DNA of 64,000 nt. It comes from Cyanobium sp. (GTDB lineage: Bacteria > Cyanobacteriota > Cyanobacteriia > PCC-6307 > Cyanobiaceae). Under the pieces are notes generated by a model. The model had not been told where the DNA came from and did not search any database. It saw nothing but the letters and a program-made list of their open reading frames with translations. The stretch spans positions 7,306 to 71,305 of the forward strand of contig JBIKMU010000011.1 of the NCBI GenBank assembly GCA_044359075.1, given 5' to 3'. The position numbers and the translations under genes are program-made. Below, in pieces: positions 1-9,516 of this stretch; position 1 is the stretch's first letter; the number at the start of each line of letters is the position of its first letter.

Positions 1-519
1 ACTGCCCACGCCGACGCCCTGGTGGCCACTGCCCAGGCCAAGCCCCGATCGGGCCCCAGCCGCCTCGGCCTCTACTGGCCCGTGGGCCACGAACCGGATT
101 GGCGGCCCCTGCTGGAGCGCTGGCCCGAGGCCCTGCGCCAACGCCTGGCCCTGCCCGTGGTCCGTTCTGTGGGCGGGGTAGGGCGGCTCACCTATGGGGC
201 CTGGCACCCCGCCGACCCCCTGCGCGCCGATGGCTGCGGCATCCCGGCCCCTGTAGCCGCAGCGCCCCTGCAGGCCCATCAGCTGGCCCTGCTGCTGGTG
301 CCGGCCCTGGCCATCGATCAGCGCGGCATTCGGCTGGGATCGGGCGGCGGCTGGTACGACCGGCTGCGGGCCGACCCGGCCTGGCGCATGGTGCCCGCCC
401 TGGCGGTCCTGCCCGCCGCCTGCCTGGCGCCGTCTTTGCCCACCGATCCCTGGGATGTGCCCTTCACGGGCTGGCTGGATGAAACCGGCGGACCAACCAA
501 GGTTTCAGGGTTTGACTAA
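1..519 (+). CDS. 5-formyltetrahydrofolate cyclo-ligase (5' truncated by window)
   Basis: RLGSGGGWYDRL and DPWDVP motifs of the YgfA/MTHFS family; frame is open from base 1. Confidence 0.85.
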   Translation, partial: TAHADALVATAQAKPRSGPSRLGLYWPVGHEPDWRPLLERWPEALRQRLALPVVRSVGGVGRLTYGAWHPADPLRADGCGIPAPVAAAPLQAHQLALLLVPALAIDQRGIRLGSGGGWYDRLRADPAWRMVPALAVLPAACLAPSLPTDPWDVPFTGWLDETGGPTKVSGFD

Positions 520-579
520 AGACCTCGGATCGCCCCGCTGGCCGCCGCCATTTGCCAAGATTCGGCAAGCGCTGATTGA

Positions 580-831
580 TTGGCCTTGGATTCCACCCCT
601 TTGCAGCCCCTGGGCCGGCCATGCCGTCGCGATGCCTCCCAGCCCCCGGGCCTGCAACTGGCGGTGTCCTCCCTTACTGGCGAAGGCCGCCGCACCGCCT
701 CCGAGCGGGTGCTGGCCGCCGAACTTGAATATCGGGCCAGCAGCTGTGAGGCCCTCTCGATGATGGTCAGTTCCATCGCCCGCATGGTGCAAGCTGGCAG
801 ATCCAGCGACAATCGATGGAAATCCACCTGA
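580..831 (+). CDS. hypothetical protein (start uncertain)
   Basis: 83-aa ORF with host-like GC3-rich codons filling the gap between two + strand genes; no motif recognised. Confidence 0.3.
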   Translation: MALDSTPLQPLGRPCRRDASQPPGLQLAVSSLTGEGRRTASERVLAAELEYRASSCEALSMMVSSIARMVQAGRSSDNRWKST

Positions 832-840
832 AGGCTGGCC

Positions 841-1410
841 ATGGCCCCCGGTTGCCCCCAGCTCCGTCCCTTGGCTGGCGCCCCAGTGATTCTTGCCAAC
901 TCCGCGCTACTGACCAGCGCCACCCTGCTGGCCCTCGCCCATCCGCAAGCGGCTGCCGCCCACGCCATCCAATCCACCCTTGAAACCCTCGGTTCCCTGA
1001 GCCGGGCGTACACGGGTTCCAGCACTGGTCCAGATACGGCTGCGGCAGGCCCCAGCTTCGCTTTGGCCAGCAGTTTTTCCACGGGAGCGCCGGTGGCCGA
1101 TGCCTCCGTCAAGCTGGTGCCCCCGGGTGGCACCCCCATTGCCCTGGGCCGCACCGACGCCCGCGGCCAGCTCAATTTCCAATTGCCCGCCGGCGCCGGC
1201 TCCGACTGGGAGATCCAAGTGGATGGGGGCCCCGGCCACCGGGACTACCTCGAACTGCCCAAAGGCACCGTCCGGCCTGCCGCCACTACCTTTAAGGTAC
1301 AGCCTCAATACCCCCCCAATCCCCCCAACCGCCTGCTGCCCCCCTTGCTGGGCTTCGGCCTGGTGGGCGCCCTGGCGGGACTGTGGGTTGTGCGAACCCC
1401 CCACAGCTGA
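841..1410 (+). CDS. conserved hypothetical secreted/membrane-anchored protein
   Basis: Signal-like N-terminus (..AAAAHAIQS), FSTGAPVADA..GRTDARG..VDGGPGHRDYLELP core, C-terminal TM helix; directly upstream of sufE. Confidence 0.6.
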   Translation: MAPGCPQLRPLAGAPVILANSALLTSATLLALAHPQAAAAHAIQSTLETLGSLSRAYTGSSTGPDTAAAGPSFALASSFSTGAPVADASVKLVPPGGTPIALGRTDARGQLNFQLPAGAGSDWEIQVDGGPGHRDYLELPKGTVRPAATTFKVQPQYPPNPPNRLLPPLLGFGLVGALAGLWVVRTPHS

Positions 1411-1427
1411 ATCCCTGAGCCAACAAC

Positions 1428-1856
1428 ATGAGCAGCGGCAGCCCAGCCCTCGATCGCTTGGTGGAACGGCTGGGCAGCACCACGGACCCCAAGCGCCGCT
1501 ACGAATACGTGCTGTGGCTGGCCAAAAAGCTCGAACCCCTGCCCGATGAATTGCGCCAAGACCATTACAAGGTCAAGGGCTGCGTCTCCCAGGTGTATGT
1601 GGTCGGCACGCTGCAGGACGGCACCCTCCATTGGCGCGGCGATTCCGATGCCGCCATCACCAAGGGTCTGCTGGCCCTGCTTATGGAAGGCCTGGAGGGT
1701 CTGACCCCCCAGCAGGCGGCGGCCCTCGACCCGGCGATCCTGGCCGCCACGGGTCTGCAGGCCAGCCTCACCCCCTCGCGGGCCAATGGCTTCCTCAATA
1801 TCCTGCGGGCCATGCAGGCCCAGGCTGTGCGCTTGGCTTCCCCAGCCGAAGCGTGA
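1428..1856 (+). CDS. sufE: SufE family Fe-S assembly protein
   Basis: KVKGCVSQV and GDSDAAITKGL, LTPSRANGF motifs. Confidence 0.92.
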   Translation: MSSGSPALDRLVERLGSTTDPKRRYEYVLWLAKKLEPLPDELRQDHYKVKGCVSQVYVVGTLQDGTLHWRGDSDAAITKGLLALLMEGLEGLTPQQAAALDPAILAATGLQASLTPSRANGFLNILRAMQAQAVRLASPAEA

Positions 1857-1870
1857 ATTTCTAGGATGGG

Positions 1871-3274
1871 ATGTCTGTGACACGGCGGCCCATGGCGATT
1901 GGCATCGGCTTGCTTGGTCTTGGCACGGTGGGCGCGGGGGTGGCGGCCATCCTGGCCAGCCCCCAGGGGCGCCATCCCCTGGTGGGCCAACTGGCCCTGC
2001 GCCGCGTTGCGGTGCGCGATCCGGGCCGGGCCCGGGCCGTCAGCCTTGATCCCACCCTGCTGGTGACCGACCCGCACCTGGTGGTGGACGATCCCGCCGT
2101 CGACATCGTTGTCGAGGTGATGGGGGGGCTGGAGCCGGCCCGCAGCCTGATCCTGCAAGCCATCGCCGCCGGTAAGTCGGTGGTCACGGCCAACAAGGCG
2201 GTGATCGCCCGCTATGGCGAAGAAATCGCCGCCGCCGCCGCCGCACGCGGCGTTTATGTGCTGATTGAGGCGGCGGTGGGCGGTGGCATCCCGATCATCG
2301 AACCGCTGAAGCAATCGTTGGGGGGCAACCGCATCCTGCGGGTCAGCGGCATCGTCAACGGCACCACCAACTACATCCTCAGCCGCATGGCCGACGAGGG
2401 GGCCGCCTACGCCGACGTGCTGGCCGATGCCCAGCGCCTGGGTTACGCCGAAGCCGATCCCGCGGCCGATGTCCAGGGGGGCGACGCCGCCGACAAGATC
2501 GCCATCCTGGCCGGTCTCGCCTACGGCGGCAGCATCGAGCGCTCCGCCATCCCCACCGAAGGCATTGATCGGTTGGAAGCGCGGGATGTGGCCTACGCCA
2601 ACCAGCTGGGTTATGTCGTCAAGTTGCTGGCCGTGGCCGAACGCTTTGAGGCCAGCGCCAGCCCCGACTCGCCCCCAGTTCCCGCCCCCGCCAGCAACGA
2701 CGTGGTGGCCCTGGATGTACGCGTCCACCCCACCTTGTTGCCGCGCAGCCACCCCCTGGCCGGCGTCCATGGGGTCAATAACGCCATCCTGGTGGAAGGG
2801 GACCCGGTGGGGCAGGTGATGTTCTTCGGTCCCGGCGCCGGCGCCGGCCCCACCGCCTCCGCCGTCGTCGCCGACATCCTCAACATTGCCGGCATCAGCC
2901 AGCTCGGGGCCCCCGCCGGTGCCCTCGATCCCCTGTTGGCCGCCAGCCGCTGGCGCCAGTGCGCATTGGTAGACGGCACCCTCACCCGCCACCGCAACTA
3001 CGTACGGCTGCTCACCCGCGATGAAGCCGGCGTGATCGGCAAAATCGGCACCGCCTTCGGCGTGGCTGGGGTCTCGATCCAATCGATCGTCCAGTACGAG
3101 GCCAGCGGTGGTACCAGCAGCAGTGGCAATAGCGCTGGCAGTGGCGCTGGCAGTGGCGCCGAAATCGTCGTCATCACCCATGAGGTGGAGGAGTCGCGCT
3201 TTCGCCAGGCCCTGGCCACCATCACGGCCTTGCCGGAGGTGCAAACCGTGGCGGCCTGCCTGCGCACCCTCTAA
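1871..3274 (+). CDS. hom: homoserine dehydrogenase with C-terminal ACT domain
   Basis: GLGTVG, VVTANK, EAAVGGGIP, NGTTNYIL, GPGAGAGPTASAV motifs. Confidence 0.95.
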   Translation: MSVTRRPMAIGIGLLGLGTVGAGVAAILASPQGRHPLVGQLALRRVAVRDPGRARAVSLDPTLLVTDPHLVVDDPAVDIVVEVMGGLEPARSLILQAIAAGKSVVTANKAVIARYGEEIAAAAAARGVYVLIEAAVGGGIPIIEPLKQSLGGNRILRVSGIVNGTTNYILSRMADEGAAYADVLADAQRLGYAEADPAADVQGGDAADKIAILAGLAYGGSIERSAIPTEGIDRLEARDVAYANQLGYVVKLLAVAERFEASASPDSPPVPAPASNDVVALDVRVHPTLLPRSHPLAGVHGVNNAILVEGDPVGQVMFFGPGAGAGPTASAVVADILNIAGISQLGAPAGALDPLLAASRWRQCALVDGTLTRHRNYVRLLTRDEAGVIGKIGTAFGVAGVSIQSIVQYEASGGTSSSGNSAGSGAGSGAEIVVITHEVEESRFRQALATITALPEVQTVAACLRTL

Positions 3275-3327
3275 GCCCGCCATCAGACCCCCGTGGGGGA
3301 GGATGGGGCCCACCTCTGGCGCCGGCA

Positions 3328-5091
3328 GTGCCTCCAGCCCAGGATTCACCGCAGCAGCCGGCCCCCCCGGGACCCCAGATACCCTTCCGCCACACCCCAG
3401 GCCCTGGCGGTGCCGGCCGGCGTCAATGCCCGCCGTTTCTCGGCCCGCCCCGCCTCGGCCCACCGCGCCTGGGCCCACCGCGCCTGGGTTCGAAATGCCA
3501 GCGCCCACCACGCCAGCGCCCGGCGCTCATCGCCACCTCTCTCCTGCTTGGCATTTGCCTTGCGGCCTGCCAGCCGGCCCGGCCGCCCGGCAGCCTGATC
3601 GTCGGCCAGGCCAGCCGCATTGATTCGCTGGATCCGATCAAGGCCTCGCGGGTGGGCGTGATGCAGGCCCTGGCGGCCCTGGGCGATCCGCTCTATTCGA
3701 TCGAAGCCGATGGCCGCATCGAACCGCGCCTGGCCACCGCCTTGCCCCGGCTCAGTGGCGATGGCCTGCGGGCCCGCATCCCCCTGCGCCAGGACGTCCT
3801 CTTCCACGACGGCAGCCGCTTTGATGCGGATGCCCTGGTGTTTTCGCTGCAGCGTTTCATCAAGTCCGGCACCTTGGGCTTCCAGCTGGGCGATCGGGTT
3901 GAGGCGGTGCGGGCCGTGGGGCCCTACGAAGTGGAACTCAGCCTCAAGCGTCCTTTCGCCCCGCTGCCGCGCCTGCTGTCGGCCATCTTCCTAACCCCCG
4001 TCTCCCCCACCGCCTACAAGAACCACCGCGATAAACCCCTCAACGAGCGTTTTGTTGGCACCGGGCCCTATCGGCTGGCCTATTTCAGCCAGCAACAGCA
4101 GCGACTGGTGCCCTTCGAGCGTTACTGGGGGCGCCGTCCCGCCAATGGCGGCCTGACGCTCACCACCTACAGCAACTCCACCTCCCTGCTGGGGGGCCTG
4201 CGCAGCGGCGAAATCGACCTGCTGCTATCTAGCAGCCTCGAAATCGACCACCAGCTGGCCCTGCACCAGAGCGCCCAAAGGGGAGAATTCAAAGAAGGGG
4301 TGGGTCCCGCCCTGGACATCGGCTTTCTCTCCCTGCTCACCAGCCAGCCCCCCCTCGACAACCCGACCCTGCGCCAGGCGATCGCCGCCAGCCTCGACCA
4401 CGAACTGATCCAGCAACGGGTCAGCCTGGGGATGCGGCCCAGCCTGCGCAGCCTGGTGCCGCCCTCCCTGCCTGGTGCCGACCCCGAGGCCTGGCCCGCC
4501 TTCAACCCCGAGCGTGCCCGCAGCCTCTACAAAAAGGCCGGCTATTGCGACGGCAAGCGCCTCAGCCTGCCGCTCACCTTTCTCTCCGATGTGCCCACCG
4601 ACCGGCTGTTTGCCCTCACCTGGCAGAGCCAGCTGAAACGGGACCTGGATGATTGCGTGCGCCTGGAAGTGAGCGGCATGGAATCAACCACCGCCTATTC
4701 GCAACTCGATAAGCAGGCGTTCCCGATGATCTTGATCAACTGGATGGGGGATTATCCAGATGCAGAAAACTACCTCTCCCCCATGCTCGGTTGCACCAAG
4801 CCCCAGGGCAATCGCTGTCTGGAGGGGGGCAGTGCCCTCAGCGGCAGCTTCTGGACGGCCCCCGGCCTGGACGCCCAGCTGCAACGCAGCAGCGAACTGG
4901 CGGGCCCCGAACGCCTAGCGCTGCTGCAAGCGATCCAGCGGCGGGCGGCCGATGGCGTGCCCTACCTGCCTGTGTGGGTGGTGCGGCCAGCCGCCTGGGC
5001 CCGGCCCCAGCTGGAGGCGCCCCGCTTTGATGGTTCTGGCCGGGTGCTGCTCTCCCAATTGCGCCCGACCAAAGCCGGAGGCCAACGATGA
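3328..5091 (+). CDS. peptide/nickel ABC transporter substrate-binding protein (true start probably downstream)
   Basis: SBP family 5 motifs (LRQDVLFHDGS, VGTGPY); lipoprotein-like LAAC; adjacent permease. Confidence 0.88.
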   Translation: MPPAQDSPQQPAPPGPQIPFRHTPGPGGAGRRQCPPFLGPPRLGPPRLGPPRLGSKCQRPPRQRPALIATSLLLGICLAACQPARPPGSLIVGQASRIDSLDPIKASRVGVMQALAALGDPLYSIEADGRIEPRLATALPRLSGDGLRARIPLRQDVLFHDGSRFDADALVFSLQRFIKSGTLGFQLGDRVEAVRAVGPYEVELSLKRPFAPLPRLLSAIFLTPVSPTAYKNHRDKPLNERFVGTGPYRLAYFSQQQQRLVPFERYWGRRPANGGLTLTTYSNSTSLLGGLRSGEIDLLLSSSLEIDHQLALHQSAQRGEFKEGVGPALDIGFLSLLTSQPPLDNPTLRQAIAASLDHELIQQRVSLGMRPSLRSLVPPSLPGADPEAWPAFNPERARSLYKKAGYCDGKRLSLPLTFLSDVPTDRLFALTWQSQLKRDLDDCVRLEVSGMESTTAYSQLDKQAFPMILINWMGDYPDAENYLSPMLGCTKPQGNRCLEGGSALSGSFWTAPGLDAQLQRSSELAGPERLALLQAIQRRAADGVPYLPVWVVRPAAWARPQLEAPRFDGSGRVLLSQLRPTKAGGQR

Positions 5092-6107
5092 ACCGCCGCC
5101 GCCAACTGCTGAGCTACGCGGCCTCCCGGCTGGCCCTGGCGCCGGTGATGTTGTGGCTGATCGCCAGCCTGGTGTTTCTGCTGTTGCGTCTGGCCCCCGG
5201 CGATCCAATCGACGCCCTGCTGGGCCCCCGGGCCCCCGAGGCGGTGCGGGCCGCCCTCAGGCAGCAGTTGGGACTCGACCAACCCCTGGCCCAGCAGTAC
5301 CTGGGGTTCATGGGCAAGTTGCTGCACGGCGATTTGGGCCTGTCCCTCAGCAACCAGGAGCCGGTGAGCCGCATCATTGGCCAAAGCCTGCCCGCCAGCC
5401 TGGAGCTGGGGGTGGTGGCCCTCAGCCTCGCCGCCGTGCTGGGGCTGGCGGTGGGCTTCAGCGGCATCGCTCGCCCCGAGGGGCGGCTCGATCTGGCGGG
5501 GCGCCTGTTTGGCATCGGCACCTACGCCCTGCCGCCCTTCTGGGCCGCCATGGTGCTGCAGCTGGTCTTCGCCGTGGGGTTGGGCTGGCTGCCGGTGGGC
5601 GGCCGATTCCCCGCCACCATCGAACCCCCATCCGGCAGCGGCTTCTATCTCTTCGACAGCCTGCGGGCCGGCAACGGCGCCCAGTTTCTCGGCGCCCTGC
5701 GCCACCTGGTGCTGCCGGCCTGCACCCTGGGACTGCTGCTGAGCGGCATCTTCACCAACGCCCTTCGCCTCAACCTGCGCCGCGCCCTCGATTCCGACTA
5801 TGTCGAGGCGGCCCGCAGCCGCGGCCTGGACGAACGGCGCGTGGTGCTGCGCCACGGCCTGCCCAACGCCCTGCTGCCGGTGCTCACGATCGCCGGCATC
5901 ACCGTCGCCTCCCTGATCGGCGGCGCCCTGCTGATCGAGGTCACCTATTCCTGGCCCGGCGTCGCCCACCGCCTCCAAGAAGCCATCGCCCAGCGCGACT
6001 ATCCCCTGGTGCAGGGCATCGTCGTCGTCGTCGCCGCCCTGGTGGTGCTGGTCACGGTGGCGGTGGATCTGCTGGTGGCCTGGCTGGATCCGAGGGTGAG
6101 TTTTTAG
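5088..6107 (+). CDS. peptide ABC transporter permease (DppB/OppB-like)
   Basis: APGDPIDALLG, EAA loop (DYVEAARSRGL), RDYPLVQG; overlaps the SBP stop. Confidence 0.92.
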   Translation: MNRRRQLLSYAASRLALAPVMLWLIASLVFLLLRLAPGDPIDALLGPRAPEAVRAALRQQLGLDQPLAQQYLGFMGKLLHGDLGLSLSNQEPVSRIIGQSLPASLELGVVALSLAAVLGLAVGFSGIARPEGRLDLAGRLFGIGTYALPPFWAAMVLQLVFAVGLGWLPVGGRFPATIEPPSGSGFYLFDSLRAGNGAQFLGALRHLVLPACTLGLLLSGIFTNALRLNLRRALDSDYVEAARSRGLDERRVVLRHGLPNALLPVLTIAGITVASLIGGALLIEVTYSWPGVAHRLQEAIAQRDYPLVQGIVVVVAALVVLVTVAVDLLVAWLDPRVSF

Positions 6108-6278
6108 GTTCTGCCGAGTCCGGTGCAAGAAATCGAGCTTGCTCTCTGGTCATTGTCCGCAGCGCCGTACAACACTTGGAAACCTGCGCAGGGGTAAGGG
6201 GGCCCAGCTGAGGCCCCTACGAGTAACTGCTTGCTGAAGTGCCTTGAAGCTAAAGCATTTGCTGCAGGAATCTTTAGG

Positions 6279-6365
6279 CCATAACGCTCCAGATCAGAAG
6301 CGGGCATAGCAGCATATCTTAGTTAAGCATCCTTCGCACCCGCCTTCTGCATCTGGATGTTAGGC
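6279..6365 (-). mobile_element. attC-like site A (87 bp)
   Basis: Minus strand: GCCTAAC-5nt-GAT[G]CAGAA[G]GCGGG ... CCCGCTTCTGATC-6nt-GTTATGG; inverted arms with two extrahelical bases. Confidence 0.8.
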
Positions 6366-6603
6366 GCTGATCATCAGCCAGAGTGCCCTCGGCAACGCTC
6401 TTTACAAGTCATAAGAAATAGTTGCCATTTCACTGAGTGTGACACTCCAACCATTCGAAGCTTTCAAGCTGCTGTCCGCAGGTTGACAACCCAATCAGTA
6501 AAACCCAGCGATCTTACGCAGGGTGCCTGTGGCATAGAAAATGTACTGAGACATAAGGCTACCTACTCTAGTGGTTTCAATGGGCGGAATGAACAGAGTC
6601 AGG

Positions 6604-9516
6604 TTATATCTTTACTTCTCGTCTCCGACGATTGAGCGCCTCTAAAAGAAGATTAAAGGATTCATCATCTAGTCCGCAACGCAGATCAAGACATGCGTAG
6701 CTTCGCAGGAATGGCGGCATATTGTCAAGAATTCCATTTGGAAGCAGTACAGGAATTATCTGCTGGCTCCTTTCATCCCGTTTAATCAGAATTGCATCCA
6801 ATTCTGTTTTCATCCACTCCCCGGGTAGAGATTGGCCAATGCATACCAAGTACGATGAAGCAGATTCCACTGCATCTCTTAATGATCGATTGATAGAATC
6901 ACCTGGCTTGAGTTGCCATTGGTCAAACCAAACACGAAAACCTGAATCTGTTAACTTTTCGACGAGAGTCCGCACAAAAGCTTTATCTTGATAACTATAA
7001 GAAACAAAAATATCGAAACGCGCATTTGCAGTTATTTTTAATGCCTCCACATGCCGTCCGGTCGATTGCAAAAGAACTACCAGATTGTTTTTTATGCGGG
7101 TAGCCACCGGGGTGTCACGCCCCAAAGTATAGTCAAGAATATCAAGCGCGCGTCGCAGCATCACCTCAGCTTCATCAATACGTTTGACCTCCATGTAAGT
7201 TTCCGCAAGGCTATTTAGTTGCAAAACGACTGGGGCTGACTGAAGACCGTTGGAACTCTGGGCTTCATCAAGTGCTTTATTATATAAAAGAATAGCCTCT
7301 TCACTGCGGCCAGATTCCCTGTAAAGGCCCGCGAGGTTGTTGTATGCAGCAATGACCGTTGGATCACCAGGCCGACCGGATGTTTCTGCCATACTTAGCG
7401 CACGTCGATACCACTCGGCTGCCTCATCGCTACGTCCCATTTCGCGGTAAAGACCTGCCAGATTGTTGTATGCAGCAATGACCGCTGGGTCACCATGCCG
7501 ACCGGATGATTCTGCCATACTTAGCGCACGTCGATACCACTCGGCTGCCTCATCGCTACGACCCAGTTCGCGGTAAAGACCTGCCAGATTGTTGTATGCA
7601 GCAATGACCGCTGGGTCACCAGGCCGACCGGATGCTTCTGCCATACTTAGCGCACGTCGATACCACTCGGCTGCCTCATCGCTACGACCCATTTCGCGGT
7701 AAAGACCTGCCAGATTGTTGTATGCAGCAATGACCGCTGGGTCACCAGGCCGCCCGGACGTTTCTGCCATACTTAGCGCACGTCGATACCACTCGGCTGC
7801 CTCATCGCTACGACCCATTTCTCGGAAGAGACCTGCCAGATTGTTGTATGTGGCAATGACAGCTGGGTCACCAGACCGCCCGGACATGTCTGCCATACTT
7901 ATACTTAGCGCACGTCGATACCACTCAGCGGCCTCATCGCTACGACCCATTTCTCGGTAAAGACCTGCCAGATTGTTGTATGTGGCAATGACCGCTGGGT
8001 CACCAGGCCGCCCGGACATTTCTGCCATACTGAGCGCACGTCGATACCACTCAGCAGCCTCATCGCTTCGCCCCATTTCTCGGTAAAGACCTGCCAGATT
8101 GTTGTATGTGGCAATAACCGCTGGATCACCATTCTTCTCGGTCGTCTCCGCCATCTTGAGGGCACGAAGATACCAGTCAATTGCTTCATTTCCTCGGCCC
8201 GTTTGGCGGCATGCGTTGGCTAGCTGACTGTAGATTCCTAATAGCTCAAGTGGTTCAGAGACAGATCCTATTTCTACGATTTGTCGAAAAAGGGACTCCG
8301 CCTCGCTCAACCGCCCGCTTGTCATGAGCAACTCAGCAAGATGATTCATGCTCGATCGCACCATGGGATGGCTCAGTCCTAAAGAATCGATGCTGATAGC
8401 AAGCGCTCTTCGCAAATATGTTTCAGCTAGTCCAAAACGCTGTTGACGCAGCAAGGAGACCCCGGCCTCTGTTAACAGATCAGAGAACTTGGGCGAAACA
8501 CCTATCTCTGTTTCGATATCCACCATTAATCGCTCGATGGCCTGTTCGTCAAGTGGCAAAGAGGCGAGTGTAGAGCGTAAGTCAGCAATAGCGCCCAAAC
8601 GTTCAGCGCTTTCAGGAGAAATGATCTTCTGCACGTCTTGAAAATCGCTCACCAAGAGCCTAGTTACGTTCTCCAAATAAAAACCTGGGAACTCCGGGTC
8701 GGTCGTGCCTTGCGAAATTACCGGCAGCGGCTCTCCAAAACTAAACTTAGTTATGTATGGAATCTTCGTCAGTTCAAGAATAAGACGGGATTCGATTCCT
8801 TTTGGTAGCCATTCGTCATAGAATGGTTTTAGTCCCTGAGCAAATCGTTGCAGCCAAGCTTGTGCTTCATCTACTTCATCTCTTCCGTCAAACCGGCCAG
8901 GAAGTGGAAGTACCGCAATAGGTGGCCTAGGAACTGCCAAGTGCCGCCTTGCCTCTTGAACTCCGTTAGCAATCTGCACGCCCCTTTCAAAACTCTGCTC
9001 ATTCGCAGAGAAGACTAGAACCAAGATATCTGGCAAATAGATAGTACAGACTCCACCTGTATCCGTGATGCCCGTTCGGCTATCAATCAACACATAGTCA
9101 TATCGTCTCTTCCATTCGGCTCTCCAGCGATTCAACAAATCTCCACCCGCATAATCTTCAAAGAATCTGTTCCAATCAAAACTCCGGACTCGCTCGATAT
9201 AGCCGGGAGCTTGATCTCCGCTAGCAATCAGATCGATAGGCTCGCAATCAGAAATGAGCACTTGACTGACATATGATGACCAATCAACAACTGAATTGGT
9301 CTCAACGCTGTTAAGAAGGTGGATGAGGCCTTCCGACTTCGGCACAGCATTGTGTAAGTAGGGCTTAAAATAGCGGTGCAAACCTGGGGCTTCTAAATCC
9401 CAATCCATAAGTAGTACACGCTTTCCTCGTTTAGCGAGAAGCACCGCTATATTTGCTAGGGCGAAGGTTCGTCCTACTCCGCCCTTATACGAATAGAATG
9501 TGATGATGCGGCTCAT
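6604..9516 (-). CDS. ParA/MinD-like KGGVGRT ATPase - TPR array - TIR domain fusion (970 aa)
   Basis: ITFYSYKGGVGRT, LLMDWDLEAPGL, LIDSRTG; 42-aa TPRs; C-terminal FDIFVSYS..WFDQWQLKPGD..EWMKTEL TIR; ATG at 9516 overlaps the upstream stop (ATGA). Confidence 0.88.
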   Translation of the reverse strand: MSRIITFYSYKGGVGRTFALANIAVLLAKRGKRVLLMDWDLEAPGLHRYFKPYLHNAVPKSEGLIHLLNSVETNSVVDWSSYVSQVLISDCEPIDLIASGDQAPGYIERVRSFDWNRFFEDYAGGDLLNRWRAEWKRRYDYVLIDSRTGITDTGGVCTIYLPDILVLVFSANEQSFERGVQIANGVQEARRHLAVPRPPIAVLPLPGRFDGRDEVDEAQAWLQRFAQGLKPFYDEWLPKGIESRLILELTKIPYITKFSFGEPLPVISQGTTDPEFPGFYLENVTRLLVSDFQDVQKIISPESAERLGAIADLRSTLASLPLDEQAIERLMVDIETEIGVSPKFSDLLTEAGVSLLRQQRFGLAETYLRRALAISIDSLGLSHPMVRSSMNHLAELLMTSGRLSEAESLFRQIVEIGSVSEPLELLGIYSQLANACRQTGRGNEAIDWYLRALKMAETTEKNGDPAVIATYNNLAGLYREMGRSDEAAEWYRRALSMAEMSGRPGDPAVIATYNNLAGLYREMGRSDEAAEWYRRALSISMADMSGRSGDPAVIATYNNLAGLFREMGRSDEAAEWYRRALSMAETSGRPGDPAVIAAYNNLAGLYREMGRSDEAAEWYRRALSMAEASGRPGDPAVIAAYNNLAGLYRELGRSDEAAEWYRRALSMAESSGRHGDPAVIAAYNNLAGLYREMGRSDEAAEWYRRALSMAETSGRPGDPTVIAAYNNLAGLYRESGRSEEAILLYNKALDEAQSSNGLQSAPVVLQLNSLAETYMEVKRIDEAEVMLRRALDILDYTLGRDTPVATRIKNNLVVLLQSTGRHVEALKITANARFDIFVSYSYQDKAFVRTLVEKLTDSGFRVWFDQWQLKPGDSINRSLRDAVESASSYLVCIGQSLPGEWMKTELDAILIKRDERSQQIIPVLLPNGILDNMPPFLRSYACLDLRCGLDDESFNLLLEALNRRRREVKI
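7300..8130 (-). repeat. intragenic array of about 7 near-identical 126-bp TPR-coding repeats
   Basis: Unit GRPGDPAVIAAYNNLAGLYREMGRSDEAAEWYRRALSMAETS; one unit has a 6-bp duplication (atacttatactt near 7895). Confidence 0.95.

Noticed and set aside
520-840. Possible 6S RNA or riboswitch next to the cyclo-ligase gene
   Set aside because: No recognisable consensus elements; host-like codon usage favours a short CDS.
3446-3490. 15-bp repeats (PPRLG x3) and similar low-complexity repeats in tatC, hom and the ArsM-like gene
   Set aside because: Ordinary slippage in disordered linkers or termini; no sign of a system.
1565-3511. 648-aa minus-strand ORF (and similar long antisense ORFs at 4962-6128, 32541-34235, 36537-37814, 43023-44213, 45874-47064, 55415-56614)
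   Set aside because: Shadow ORFs antisense to clearly identifiable genes in high-GC DNA; no motifs of their own.
6160-6235. Possible additional attC near GTACAAC at the island's left edge
   Set aside because: No matching inverse core or paired L boxes found.
7300-8130. Regularly spaced repeats resembling a CRISPR array
   Set aside because: Contiguous 126-bp in-frame coding repeats without unique spacers; no cas genes.
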